Part shown: in pieces, positions 25,801 to 36,942 of the stretch
Layout of the letters: each line of letters opens with the position of its first letter
Position numbering within the stretch: the first letter of the stretch is position 1
Source of the DNA: Auanema rhodensis
Taxonomy: Eukaryota; Animalia; Nematoda
Length of the DNA: 64,000 nucleotides
Direction: 5' to 3'
Assembly: GCA_964057225.1 (NCBI GenBank)
Contig: OZ059898.1
Location: forward strand, 16,492,001-16,556,000
Program-made: the position numbers and the translations under genes
Notes under the pieces: model-generated
What the model saw: only the letters and a program-made list of their open reading frames with translations
Database searches by the model: none
Told to the model about the DNA's origin: nothing

Positions 25801-28800
25801 TTGTGAAAACCGCATCTCTTTATCTTTCACGTGAAGCGAGTTACATACCAAGTGCACATCACGTGTACATTTAATTAGCATAAATTAAAGTTCACGTAAA
25901 TTTCAAAGTCATGGTTACCATGAACTAATATCAATAAAAATTTGTTTTTAGACTAATATGGACATGGGGAATCTAATTTTGAAAACCGCATCTCTTTATC
26001 TTTCACGTGAAGCGAGTTACATACCAAGTGCACATCGCGTGTACATTTAATTAGCATAAATTAAAGTTCACTTAAATATCAAAGTCATGGTTACCATGAA
26101 CCAATATCAATAAAAATTTGTTTTTAGACTAATATGGACATGGGGAATCTAATTTTGAAAACCGCATCTCTTTATCTCTCACGTGAAGCGAGTTACATAC
26201 CGAGTGCACATCACGTGTACATTTAATTAGCATAAATTAAAGTTCACGTAAATTTCAAAGTCATGGTTACCATGAACCAATATCAATAAAAATTTGTTTT
26301 TAGACTAATATGGACATGGGGAATCTAATTTTGAAAACCGCATCTCTTTATCTTTCACGTGAAGCGAGTTACATACCAAGTGCACATCACGTGTACATTT
26401 AATTAGCATAACTTAAAGTTCACGTAAATTTCAAAGTCATGGTTACCATGCACCAATATCAATAAAAATTTGTTTTTAGACTAATATGGACATGGGGAAT
26501 CTAATTTTGAAAACCGCATCTCTTTATCTTTCACGTGAAGCGAGTTACATACCAAGTGCACATCACGTGTACATTTAATTAGCATAAATTAAAGTTCACG
26601 TAAATTTCAAAGTCATGGTTACCATGAACCAATATCAATAAAAATTTGTTTTTAGACTAATATGGACATGGGGAATCTAATTGTGAAAACCGCATCTCTT
26701 TATCTTTCACGTGAAGCGAGTTACATACCAAGTGCACATCACGTGTACATTTAATTAGCATAAATTAAAGTTCACGTAAATTTCAAAGTCATGGTTACCA
26801 TGAACCAATATCAATAAAAATTTGTTTTTAGACTAATATGGACATGGGGAATCTAATTTTGAAAACCGCATCTCTTTATCTTTCACGTGAAGCGAGTTAC
26901 ATACCAAGTGCACATCACGTGTACATTTAATTAGCATAAATTAAAGTTCACGTAAATTTCAAAGTCATGGTTACCATGAACCAATATCAATAAAAATTTG
27001 TTTTTAGACTAATATGGACATGGGGAATCTAATTTTGAAAACCGCATCTCTTTATCTTTCACGTGAAGCGAGTTACATACCAAGTGCACATCACGTGTAC
27101 ATTTAATTAGCATAAATTAAAGTTCACGTAAATTTCAAAGACATGGTTACCATGAACCAATATCAATAAAAATTTGTTTTTAGACTAATATGGACATGAG
27201 GAATCTAATTGTGAAAACCGCATCTCTTTATCTTTCACGTGAAGCGAGTTACATACCAAGTGCACATCACGTGTACATTTAATTAGCATAAATTAAAGTT
27301 CACGTAAATTTCAAAGTCATGGTTACCATGCACCAATATCAATAAAAATTTGTTTTTAGACTAATATGGACATGGGGAATCTAATTTTGAAAACCGCATC
27401 TCTTTATCTTTCACGTGAAGCGAGTTACATACCAAGTGCACATCACGTGTACATTTAATTAGCATAAATTAAAGTTCACGTAAATTTCAAAGTCATGGTT
27501 ACCATGCACCAATATCAATAAAAATTTGTTTTTAGACTAATATGGACATGGGGAATCTAATTTTGAAAACCGCATCTCTTTATCTTTCACGTGAAGCGAG
27601 TTACATACCAAGTGCACATCACGTGTACATTTAATTAGCATAAATTAAAGTTCACGTAAATTTCAAAGACATGGTTACCATGAACCAATATCAATAAAAA
27701 TTTGTTTTTAGACTAATATGGACATGGTGAATCTAATTTTGAAAACCGCATCTCTTTATCTTTCACGTGAAGTGAGTTACATACCTAGTGCACATCACGT
27801 GTACATTTAATTAGCATGAATTAAAGTTCACATAAATTTCAAAGTCATGGTTACCATGAACCAATATCAATAAAAATTTGTTTTTAGACTAATATGGACA
27901 TGGGGAATCTAATTTTGAAAACCGCATCTCTTTATCTTTCACGTGAAGCGAGTTACATACCAAGTGCACATCACGTGTACATTTAATTAGCATAAATTAA
28001 AGTTCACGTAAATTTCAAAGACATGGTTACCATGAACCAATATCAATTAAAATTTGTTTTTAGACTAATATGGACATGGGGAATCTAATTGTGAAAACCG
28101 CATCTCTTTATCTTTCACGTGAAGCGAGTTACATACCAAGTGCACATCACGTGTACATTTAATTAGCATAAATTAAAGTTCACGTAAATTTCAAAGTCAT
28201 GGTTACCATGAACCAATATCAATAAAAATTTGTTTTTTGACTAATATGGACATGGGGAATCTAATTTTGAAAACCGCATCTCTTTATCTTTCACGTGAAG
28301 CGAGTTACATACCAAGTGCACATCACGTGTACATTTAATTAGCATAAATTAAAGTTCACGTAAATTTCAAAGACATGGTTACCATGAACCAATATCAATA
28401 AAAATTTGTTTTTAGACTAATATGGACATGGGGAATCTAATTTTGAAAACCGCATCTCTTTATCTTTCACGTGAAGTGAGTTACATACCTAGTGCACATC
28501 ACGTGTACATTTAATTAGCATAAATTAAAGTTCACGTAAATTTCAAAGTCATGGTTACCATGAACCAATATCAATAAAAATTTGTTTTTAGACTAATATG
28601 GACATGGGGAATCTAATTTTAAAAACCGCATCTCTTTATCTTTCACGTGAAGCGAGTTACATACCAAGTGCACATCACGTGTACATTTAATTAGCATAAA
28701 TTAAAGTTCACGTAAATTTCAAAGTCATGGTTACCATGAACCAATATCAATAAAAATTTGTTTTTAGACTAATATGGACATGGGGAATCTAATTTTGAAA

Positions 28801-30610
28801 ACCGCATCTCTTTATCTTTCACGTGAAGCGAGTTACATACCAAGTGCACATCACGTGTACATTTAATTAGCATAAATTAAAGTTCACGTAAATTTCAAAG
28901 TCATGGTTACCATGCACCAATATCAATAAAAATTTGTTTTTAGACTAATATGGACATGGGGAATCAAATTTTGAAAACCGCATCTCTTTATCTTTCACGT
29001 GAAGCGAGTTACATACCAAGTGCACATCACGTGTACATTTAATTAGCATAAATTAAAGTTCACTTAAATATCAAAGTCATGGTTACCATGAACCAATATC
29101 AATAAAAATTTGTTTTTAGACTAATATGGACATGGGGAATCTAATTTTGAAAACCGCATCTCTTTATCTCTCACGTGAAGCGAGTTACATACCAAGTGCA
29201 CATCACGTGTACATTTAATTAGCATAAATTAAAGTTCACGTAAATTTCAAAGACATGGTTACCATGAACCAATATCAATAAAAATTTGTTTTTAGACTAA
29301 TATGGACATGGGGAATCTAATTGTGAAAACCGCATCTCTTTATCTTTCACGTGAAGCGAGTTACATACCAAGTGCACATCACGTGTACATTTAATTAGCA
29401 TAAATTAAAGTTCACGTAAATTTCAAAGTCATGGTTACCATGAACCAATATCAATAAAAATTTGTTTTTAGACTAATATGGACATGAGGAATCTAATTGT
29501 GAAAACCGCATCTCTTTATCTTTCACGTGAAGCGAGTTACATACCAAGTGCACATCACGTGTACATTTAATTAGCATAAATTAAAGTTCACGTAAATTTC
29601 AAAGTCATGGTTACCATGCACCAATATCAATAAAAATTTGTTTTTAGACTAATATGGACATGGGGAATCTAATTTTGAAAACCGCATCTCTTTATCTTTC
29701 ACGTGAAGCGAGTTACATACCAAGTGCACATCACGTGTACATTTAATTAGCATAAATTAAAGTTCACGTAAATTTCAAAGACATGGTTACCATGAACCAA
29801 TATCAATAAAAATTTGTTTTTAGACTAATATGGACATGGTGAATCTAATTTTGAAAACCGCATCTCTTTATCTTTCACGTGAAGTGAGTTACATACCTAG
29901 TGCACATCACGTGTACATTTAATTAGCATGAATTAAAGTTCACATAAATTTCAAAGTCATGGTTACCATGAACCAATATCAATAAAAATTTGTTTTTAGA
30001 CTAATATGGACATGGGGAATCTAATTTTGAAAACCGCATCTCTTTATCTTTCACGTGAAGCGAGTTACATACCAAGTGCACATCACGTGTACATTTAATT
30101 AGCATAAATTAAAGTTCACGTAAATTTCAAAGACATGGTTACCATGAACCAATATCAATTAAAATTTGTTTTTAGACTAATATGGACATGGGGAATCTAA
30201 TTGTGAAAACCGCATCTCTTTATCTTTCACGTGAAGCGAGTTACATACCAAGTGCACATCACGTGTACATTTAATTAGCATAAATTAAAGTTCACGTAAA
30301 TTTCAAAGTCATGGTTACCATGAACCAATATCAATAAAAATTTGTTTTTTGACTAATATGGACATGGGGAATCTAATTTTGAAAACCGCATCTCTTTATC
30401 TTTCACGTGAAGCGAGTTACATACCAAGTGCACATCACGTGTACATTTAATTAGCATAAATTAAAGTTCACGTAAATTTCAAAGACATGGTTACCATGAA
30501 CCAATATCAATAAAAATTTGTTTTTAGACTAATATGGACATGGGGAATCTAATTTTGAAAACCGCATCTCTTTATCTTTCACGTGAAGTGAGTTACATAC
30601 CTAGTGCACA
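10856..30610. repeat. 176-bp tandem satellite array, left arm (~112 monomers)
   Basis: Monomer tctctttatctttcacgtgaagcgagttacataccaagtgcacatcacgtgtacatttaattagcataaattaaagttcacgtaaatttcaaagtcatggttaccatgaaccaatatcaataaaaatttgtttttagactaatatggacatggggaatctaattttgaaaaccgca. Register holds at exactly 176 (10861, 13501, 16141 = +15, +30 units) apart from one 1-bp deletion near 18668. Confidence 0.99.
30606..30610. other. Target-site duplication GCACA, left copy (right copy 37321-37325)
   Basis: Left flank ...ctagtGCACA|atcaaag; right flank ...cttgaca|GCACAtcacgtg. A 4-bp GCAC reading is also possible, with the LTR starting at 30610. Confidence 0.85.
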
Positions 30611-30988
30611 ATCAAAGAACGAAAAATAAAAAGAAAAAGATTTATTTAAAAAAACAAAAAAAAATACAAAAAAATTCAAGAGAAAATTCCAAACTGAAAA
30701 AAATATAAAAAAATTCCTTATCACAATAATTTTAGGACAAAAAACAACTAAATATTGTTTTAATCAGATTACGGTAGTTGATTATCAACAGTTCACTGTT
30801 TACCAACAATCTCTAAATGGAGCGCGATTACTATGGATTGTTTTATCAATGGGTCATTTTATTCAAATTATTCATTTTATTTAATTTTTTCATGAATAAT
30901 TGTTATCTTAATATTTTATATAAATTATATTATATATTTATCTTCATTTATACTATTCCTTTTAGTATCTATAGCCATATTCTTGACA
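30611..30988 (-). repeat. 3' LTR (378 bp)
   Basis: Identical by eye to 36943-37320; reads TGTCAAGAAT...TCTTTGAT on the minus strand. Confidence 0.95.
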
Positions 30989-31000
30989 TCCCCGGCCTCT
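30989..31000 (-). other. Polypurine tract (AGAGGCCGGGGA)
   Basis: Purine-rich 12-mer abutting the TG start of the 3' LTR; contains two C. Confidence 0.7.
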
Positions 31001-31129
31001 CAAATTTCTCGTCCCGAGAAAAAATTCTTCTTATTACTATTTATTCAATAGTTTAACAGTTTCTTTAAAAACAACAATTAAAATAAACATTTACAACATA
31101 CATGAGAAAATTCAAATTTCAACAAGAAA

Positions 31130-34100
31130 TTAGTTATGGTGCTGTTTTTTAAACTGTTGTTGAGGCTTATGGGTTTTGTGCAAATTCGCAGAATTCTTCT
31201 TATAAGAGAATTTCTCATATGGCTTTATATTTGTCGCTGGCTTTTGTTTCCGCCTTTCAATTCTATTTAGCATAGATGCGACACCCACAGATAGCAATTT
31301 TTTTTGTAGCATTGCAAAAAAACTTTTTACATGCTCAAACAAAATACGATCAGAAGATTTCTGATATGGTAACGGCCCACCGGCAAACCAGTAATTAGTA
31401 ACAAGCGCAAGATCGTCTCCTCGACACCCTATGTACTGGACCCACAATTTATTATTAAGAGTAGCGCTCTCAGCTGCGAACATTTCATGGACCTTCTGCC
31501 ACGTTCTCATACTTTCAAAAAATTTATTATCGTCATATCTTGCGATAGGACTTATTAACAAAATCTGGGATTCTAGTGCACATCCTAATCTCCCCAACTG
31601 TTTTGTTATCTTACTAATCTCATCTTCTTCACAAATCACAGGCACTACAACCAATACATACCTAACATTATTATAATTCAACAACTTAGGGATGACTTCT
31701 CCAGTCAAATTTTCATAGACTATACAGTCACCAAATGGAAAGTATAAGTCATTTACCGCGTTCATTCTTTTCGGTACAAAAAGCACATCTTTTTTAGAAG
31801 GTTTTACAACACGGGCTATTTTTTCAGCAGCCAACAAAAAAGCTTTGGAAATGTCATCTGCTGACATATTAAATTCAACGTTATTTGAACAAGAGATATG
31901 AAAATTCTCGATCACCGAGAAATTGACTTTTGCATGTAAACAAAATTTTTTCTGAATTAAGATCGCTTCAGCCATGCTTTCCGCATCCGGATGTACGTTC
32001 ATCCTATTGATAAAATTAATCTTTTCGGATATCCAAATTCTTGGATCTTTCATGATGCATAAAAACTGCGCTAGACGAAACGTGTTCTTTACTCTGATTC
32101 CTCTCAATAATGTTGGACATCTGTTATCCAATATATCGCCATACGTAACAGCATATGCACCTAACCATTTACTGAAGTGATCTATTATAGCAACAACATA
32201 ACGATTGTTTGATGTTGTTCGACCCAGATCCATCACATCAATCCCAACCAATTCGAATGGTTTTTCCGTTCTATAAGGCTGTAATAGTGGAACTGGACTC
32301 GTTCGACTATTTGCTAAAAAACACTTTTTGCACTCACTATGCCATTTCCGTACATCTGAATCCAGACCGTCCCAAAAAAATTGTCTCTTTAGAGAACGTA
32401 TATTTTTTTTCGGTCGAAAATGAGCTCCAAATAATCCTTCATGAGCTTCTTTATATATGTCATATCTTTTTGACGGAGGAATGACTAATAATTTCTCACC
32501 CTTCTCGTTGATATAATACAAGTTTTCTTTTGAAATTAGAAAATCACCGACAAATAGTTTATGTGCCAGTTTTGGCAGAAAAATTCTCTCTGTGAGTTTT
32601 TCATCACTTCTGAGATTGATAATATTTTTGTAATTTTCATCCATCATCAATTCAGCTATATTATCTCTCATTTGTAACGAACAAATATATTTTATATCTG
32701 AGTCACTTTCAAGATCAAAATTATCTTGGACTGGAACACCTCGCGATAATGCATCCGCTATAACATTTCCTTTTCCTTTGACGTACTCAATAGTTATTCT
32801 GTATCGCTGTACAATCAGGCTCCATCTCAACATTCTCCCACTTGCTGTCTTCTTGAACAGACATGTCAATGGTTGATGATCAGTTTTCACAACTGTTTTT
32901 TCAGTATTATAAATGTAATATTGAAACTTCTCTAGCGCAAATACAATAGCCAGAGCTTCTAAATCTGTTACATGATAATTTTTTTCCGCTTTTGACAAAC
33001 CTTTAGAAACGAAGGCAATCGGGTGTAAAAAATTATCTTTTGCTTTTTGACATAACACCGCTCCTACACCAGATGCACACGCATCAGTGTATATAATATA
33101 TGGGTTTTTACCGCTATTTGCACCTTCCCAGTCAGGCTGTATTAGTACAGGAGCTTGAGTAAGCTTTTTCTTTAGAACTTCAAAAGCCTCTTTTCTCTCT
33201 CGGGTCCATTCCCATTTACTTTTTTCACTTGTCATTTCGTGCATTGGTTTAGCAATAGCAGCGAAATTTAGCACAAATTTTCTGTAATACGACGCCATTC
33301 CCAAGAATGTTCTTAATTCAGCAATCGTATTTGGTAAGGGATATTTTAAAATTGCCTCAATTTTATTCGGATCGGCGTGAATACCTTTTCCGTTTACTTT
33401 GTGGCCCAAATAATCCACTTCGTTTTGTAAAAGTTTACACTTAACCGCTTTCAACGATAAATTTGCTTGTTTCAGCGCTTCAAAAACATTCTTCATAACT
33501 TCAAAATGTCTTTCGAAAGTATCTGTTGCAATCATTATATCGTCTATATAAACAAAAACTTCATTACTTTTGAGTAAATCTCCCAGAGCTTTGTCCATCA
33601 TTCTTTGGAATGTTGGTGGACTAGTTGCTAAGCCAAAAGGACATACTACAAATTGAAAAGATCCTTCGCTGGTCACGAAAGATGTTTTTTCTTTATCTTC
33701 TTCGGAAAGTTTTATTTGCCAAAACCCCGACGATAGATCAAATGTGGAAAATATTTTCTTCCCGTTCATCGATCTAAGAATGATATCTATCTTTGGTATT
33801 GGATAAGCATCTAGTTTCAGGACCTTATTCAATTCTCTATAATCTATACAGAGTCTGATAGATTTGTCTTTTTTCTCTACTAAGACTACAGGGCTTGCCC
33901 ATGCGCTTTGGCTAGGTTCTATAACCCCTCTTTGTAATAGGTCTTTTATAATACCTCTAAACTCATTTTTTATACCAAACGGCACTGGTCGTACTTTTTG
34001 ACTAATAGGACTCGCATCTCCCGTATCAATATTCATAGTGACAATATTTGTTTGTTGCAGATCAGCATCAACCAACGCAAATATCGATGAATATTCTTCT

Positions 34101-36511
34101 AAAAGGTCCTTGACCTTTGGATCAAAGGTTACACCACTTTTCTCTTCTAAGACAGCAATGACTTTTTCTGCTCTTCCAACCGGATCTGTTGGTTTAGCGT
34201 ATTGATCTAACATACGCATCTCTAACACATCAATTGATTCGGTTTTCAATTCGTCATTCAGTGCAGTCAGCTTTTCAGTCCAATTCTCGGACTCCCATTT
34301 ACCGACAATCTCTCCTTTCTTTATCGTGGTTGGCTGGCATGTCATGTTAGCCACAATCACTGTAGTGGAACTATTGGTGTCCACTTTACATATTCCCGTG
34401 AGTATATCACTCCTATGGGATACCAGTAAGCTATCTTTCTGCTCGTCACATGAGATTTGTAACGTTCTACTTTTATTCGCAGGTATATAAACTCTCTGTA
34501 AGGCTATGGCCTCCTTTCTATAAAACTTCAAAGATATGCCCAAATCTTTCAGGGCATTCGTACCAATAAGTATAGAATCTTCTCTACTTTTTCTCACCAA
34601 AAAACATACTTGTGCAGTTTTTTTACTTTCTGAGCAATAAACTTCACAGCTTATTGCTCCAACAAAATTCATTCGCGTACCCGAGGCATTTGCTATGAAC
34701 TTATCTCCATTCCAAGGAAGTTGAGTTACTGTTCTATCTAAGTCAACCCCTTCATTCATCAAATTAACTAGAGCTTGTGACGACATCACTGATATTTGCG
34801 ATCCCGTGTCAATAAGAACTTTTTTATTTCTCATGCTGCAGATTAACATAGGTAGTAAACTCTGCTCACCAATCAATTTTGCATCATAGCTCTTGTTGCA
34901 TGTTTTGATAGTTTTGTTCCATGCAACAGCTTGCTTATTCATAACAGGACCCATATTGTTCTGTTCTTGTTCAATTCTTTTAGAATTGTCTGATGGTCGT
35001 TTTCTTTCAGCACAATGTGTTGCTATATGACCACTTTTGTTACATATGTAACAAATAACTTCTTTTCTCTGTGGAAAATTACGAACCTTTTCAGTTACGT
35101 AACTGCCACGATTGGTCATGTGTTGACCACTAGCAGTATTATTCTGCTTCAAAAATCTCAGCCTGGGCAGGTTTACTTCAGGTATTCTGTCCTTTCTATG
35201 CTGATTGTAGTGAATGCGCTTATTTCTTTCACAACGTAAAGCGACCTCTTTCACCTTCTCATACACCTCCCCTTCTTCACTAGTCTCTATTGTCTCAAGT
35301 ACTTGTAATGCACAAGTACATTCTCTGAGTACCTCATACAAGACTTGAGCTCTTGTGAACGATAACTTTGACATAGACAATCCGGGGTAAGCCTTCCTAG
35401 AAGTTTCTTCTAGTTTCTTACAAAAGCTTATTAGATTGCTATTGTTGTCAAACTTCAAAGATTTAAGAGCAGCTATGGCATCTAACCTACTTGCTCTCTT
35501 AGAATACTCATGTTGCTTACTCAGTTCCTCTATTATTTTGTCGAGCGAACTGTTTCTGATTATTTCAGGCAACTCATCATACCTATCTCTCGCCTCTCCT
35601 CTTAATTTTTCTACAAACAACGTTCTGCGGCCGCTTGCCGACAACGTGCTTTTTGGGTATTTCAGGTGAAACCCTTCTACAAAATGGTTCCATTTCTCGA
35701 ATGACCCACTCGAAAAACTTGGAACATCAGGCAGCAATTGCGCTCGCATTATGTCCAAAAACGCTTCATTCTGCGCGCTGAGTCCATTAAAAGGCAAAGA
35801 TGACTCACCCTTGGAGTCTAATCCCTCTTTTTTCTCCTGTTTCTGTTGAACATCCGTCAACCATTTCTGAGTTGTTCCTAACTCCTTCTGTCGATGCAAC
35901 TGTAAAATATATTCAATTTCAGAATTTTCCTCTTCTATTTTACCTGCTGCTTTGTCATCAATCATCATATCCGCCATAGCTAATTGCGCTTGGCTCTCGA
36001 TAGCTGCTGATCTCTGCAAATTAAAACTATTAAATATTTCATGCTTCAAAGATTTTTTATCACATTTGAAAAAATCGCATAAATCTTTCATAGTACTATT
36101 AATGGCCCTCATCTCGTCCACTATCTCACTTTCATTGAGTTGGAAAATCTCACAAATGAATTTAGTTGTTTCCGCTCGTTTATCAGCTAACTTCAGAGTA
36201 TTACCCAACTCTGAAGGCTTTTTGAGCCCACTCTTGTTCATTACTGTAATAATGGACTGGATAAATCTCCAATTTTGCCCTTTTCGCAATTCACTAGCTA
36301 AATTTTGCTTCATTGAGTTTATCAAATTAGCAACTTTCTGCTCTGCTCTCCTTTTCTCAGCAGAATTTCTGATTTTTTCCGTAAAATCTTTACGTAAACA
36401 ATCATTCAACGGCTCAATAGCCGATAATATTTCAGAGATGAATGAATTCAACATTACCTCTTCAAATGCGCTCTCGAAGTCCATATCGAGCAATTCATTC
36501 ACAAATGACAT
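31130..36511 (-). CDS. Gag-Pol polyprotein (Gag with CCHC knuckle, aspartic protease, RT, RNase H, truncated integrase, extra C-terminal domain)
   Basis: Uninterrupted ORF (open from 36580, first ATG 36511). CYICNKSGHIATHC at 35012-35053; LIDTGS near 34810; WASPVVLVEKKD..RLCIDYRELN, DLSSGFWQ, PFGL, YIDD (33539-33550); YTDA...ELE-like DLEALA...TDH...ADALSR RNase H; HHCC (AHEGLFGAH...CKKC) and the first integrase Asp (GIDVMD...IDHFSKW). Confidence 0.96.
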   Translation of the reverse strand: MSFVNELLDMDFESAFEEVMLNSFISEILSAIEPLNDCLRKDFTEKIRNSAEKRRAEQKVANLINSMKQNLASELRKGQNWRFIQSIITVMNKSGLKKPSELGNTLKLADKRAETTKFICEIFQLNESEIVDEMRAINSTMKDLCDFFKCDKKSLKHEIFNSFNLQRSAAIESQAQLAMADMMIDDKAAGKIEEENSEIEYILQLHRQKELGTTQKWLTDVQQKQEKKEGLDSKGESSLPFNGLSAQNEAFLDIMRAQLLPDVPSFSSGSFEKWNHFVEGFHLKYPKSTLSASGRRTLFVEKLRGEARDRYDELPEIIRNSSLDKIIEELSKQHEYSKRASRLDAIAALKSLKFDNNSNLISFCKKLEETSRKAYPGLSMSKLSFTRAQVLYEVLRECTCALQVLETIETSEEGEVYEKVKEVALRCERNKRIHYNQHRKDRIPEVNLPRLRFLKQNNTASGQHMTNRGSYVTEKVRNFPQRKEVICYICNKSGHIATHCAERKRPSDNSKRIEQEQNNMGPVMNKQAVAWNKTIKTCNKSYDAKLIGEQSLLPMLICSMRNKKVLIDTGSQISVMSSQALVNLMNEGVDLDRTVTQLPWNGDKFIANASGTRMNFVGAISCEVYCSESKKTAQVCFLVRKSREDSILIGTNALKDLGISLKFYRKEAIALQRVYIPANKSRTLQISCDEQKDSLLVSHRSDILTGICKVDTNSSTTVIVANMTCQPTTIKKGEIVGKWESENWTEKLTALNDELKTESIDVLEMRMLDQYAKPTDPVGRAEKVIAVLEEKSGVTFDPKVKDLLEEYSSIFALVDADLQQTNIVTMNIDTGDASPISQKVRPVPFGIKNEFRGIIKDLLQRGVIEPSQSAWASPVVLVEKKDKSIRLCIDYRELNKVLKLDAYPIPKIDIILRSMNGKKIFSTFDLSSGFWQIKLSEEDKEKTSFVTSEGSFQFVVCPFGLATSPPTFQRMMDKALGDLLKSNEVFVYIDDIMIATDTFERHFEVMKNVFEALKQANLSLKAVKCKLLQNEVDYLGHKVNGKGIHADPNKIEAILKYPLPNTIAELRTFLGMASYYRKFVLNFAAIAKPMHEMTSEKSKWEWTRERKEAFEVLKKKLTQAPVLIQPDWEGANSGKNPYIIYTDACASGVGAVLCQKAKDNFLHPIAFVSKGLSKAEKNYHVTDLEALAIVFALEKFQYYIYNTEKTVVKTDHQPLTCLFKKTASGRMLRWSLIVQRYRITIEYVKGKGNVIADALSRGVPVQDNFDLESDSDIKYICSLQMRDNIAELMMDENYKNIINLRSDEKLTERIFLPKLAHKLFVGDFLISKENLYYINEKGEKLLVIPPSKRYDIYKEAHEGLFGAHFRPKKNIRSLKRQFFWDGLDSDVRKWHSECKKCFLANSRTSPVPLLQPYRTEKPFELVGIDVMDLGRTTSNNRYVVAIIDHFSKWLGAYAVTYGDILDNRCPTLLRGIRVKNTFRLAQFLCIMKDPRIWISEKINFINRMNVHPDAESMAEAILIQKKFCLHAKVNFSVIENFHISCSNNVEFNMSADDISKAFLLAAEKIARVVKPSKKDVLFVPKRMNAVNDLYFPFGDCIVYENLTGEVIPKLLNYNNVRYVLVVVPVICEEDEISKITKQLGRLGCALESQILLISPIARYDDNKFFESMRTWQKVHEMFAAESATLNNKLWVQYIGCRGDDLALVTNYWFAGGPLPYQKSSDRILFEHVKSFFAMLQKKLLSVGVASMLNRIERRKQKPATNIKPYEKFSYKKNSANLHKTHKPQQQFKKQHHN

Positions 36512-36926
36512 TTCACCTATCAATGAAAAAAAATTACTAGAAGTTTCCTCTACTAATTTATTGCTATTTGAAAGAATCAAACAAGCACTTATATCAAGAA
36601 AATTGAATTTACTTGATATTAGTTACTACTACCCAAGTTCTGAATGTAGTTCACAGCGGAAGAAATCAGAAAAAGTGTTTAAAAGAAAACACTTTAACCA
36701 AAAACAACCGTACAACAATATAGCAAGAGACACTGTTGTTACCAACACTGTCAAATGATAATTGTTCTGTAAACTTCACTTTTATTCGGCAAATACCAAA
36801 CAAAATTGAATGAATACAAACAGAACCCTATTCAGGTAGCAGTGACTTTTTCACCAAACTCTATTCGAGCTTTCAAACAGGGTTATATGAGCAATTAGCT
36901 CAACCCAAACAATAAAATAGTGAAGA

Positions 36927-36941
36927 CCGGTTCGGCCCCCA
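36927..36941 (-). other. Primer-binding site complementary to tRNA-Pro 3' end
   Basis: TGGGGGCCGAACCGG directly after the 5' LTR. The complement CCGGTTCGGCCC-CCA matches the 3' end of C. elegans-type tRNA-Pro as I recall it. Confidence 0.85.
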
Positions 36942-36942
36942 A

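Noticed and set aside
30817-31056. 79-aa and 68-aa hydrophobic ORFs (also 37149-37355)
   Set aside because: They lie inside the AT-rich LTRs; the F/I/L/Y bias is compositional and the duplication just reflects the two LTRs.
31130-32146. Env glycoprotein call for the post-integrase region
   Set aside because: No signal peptide, furin site plus fusion peptide, or C-terminal transmembrane helix is visible.
35952-36758. 268-aa plus-strand ORF and other short ORFs antisense to gag-pol
   Set aside because: Shadow frames of the Gag-Pol ORF, several with non-ATG starts and no recognisable motifs.
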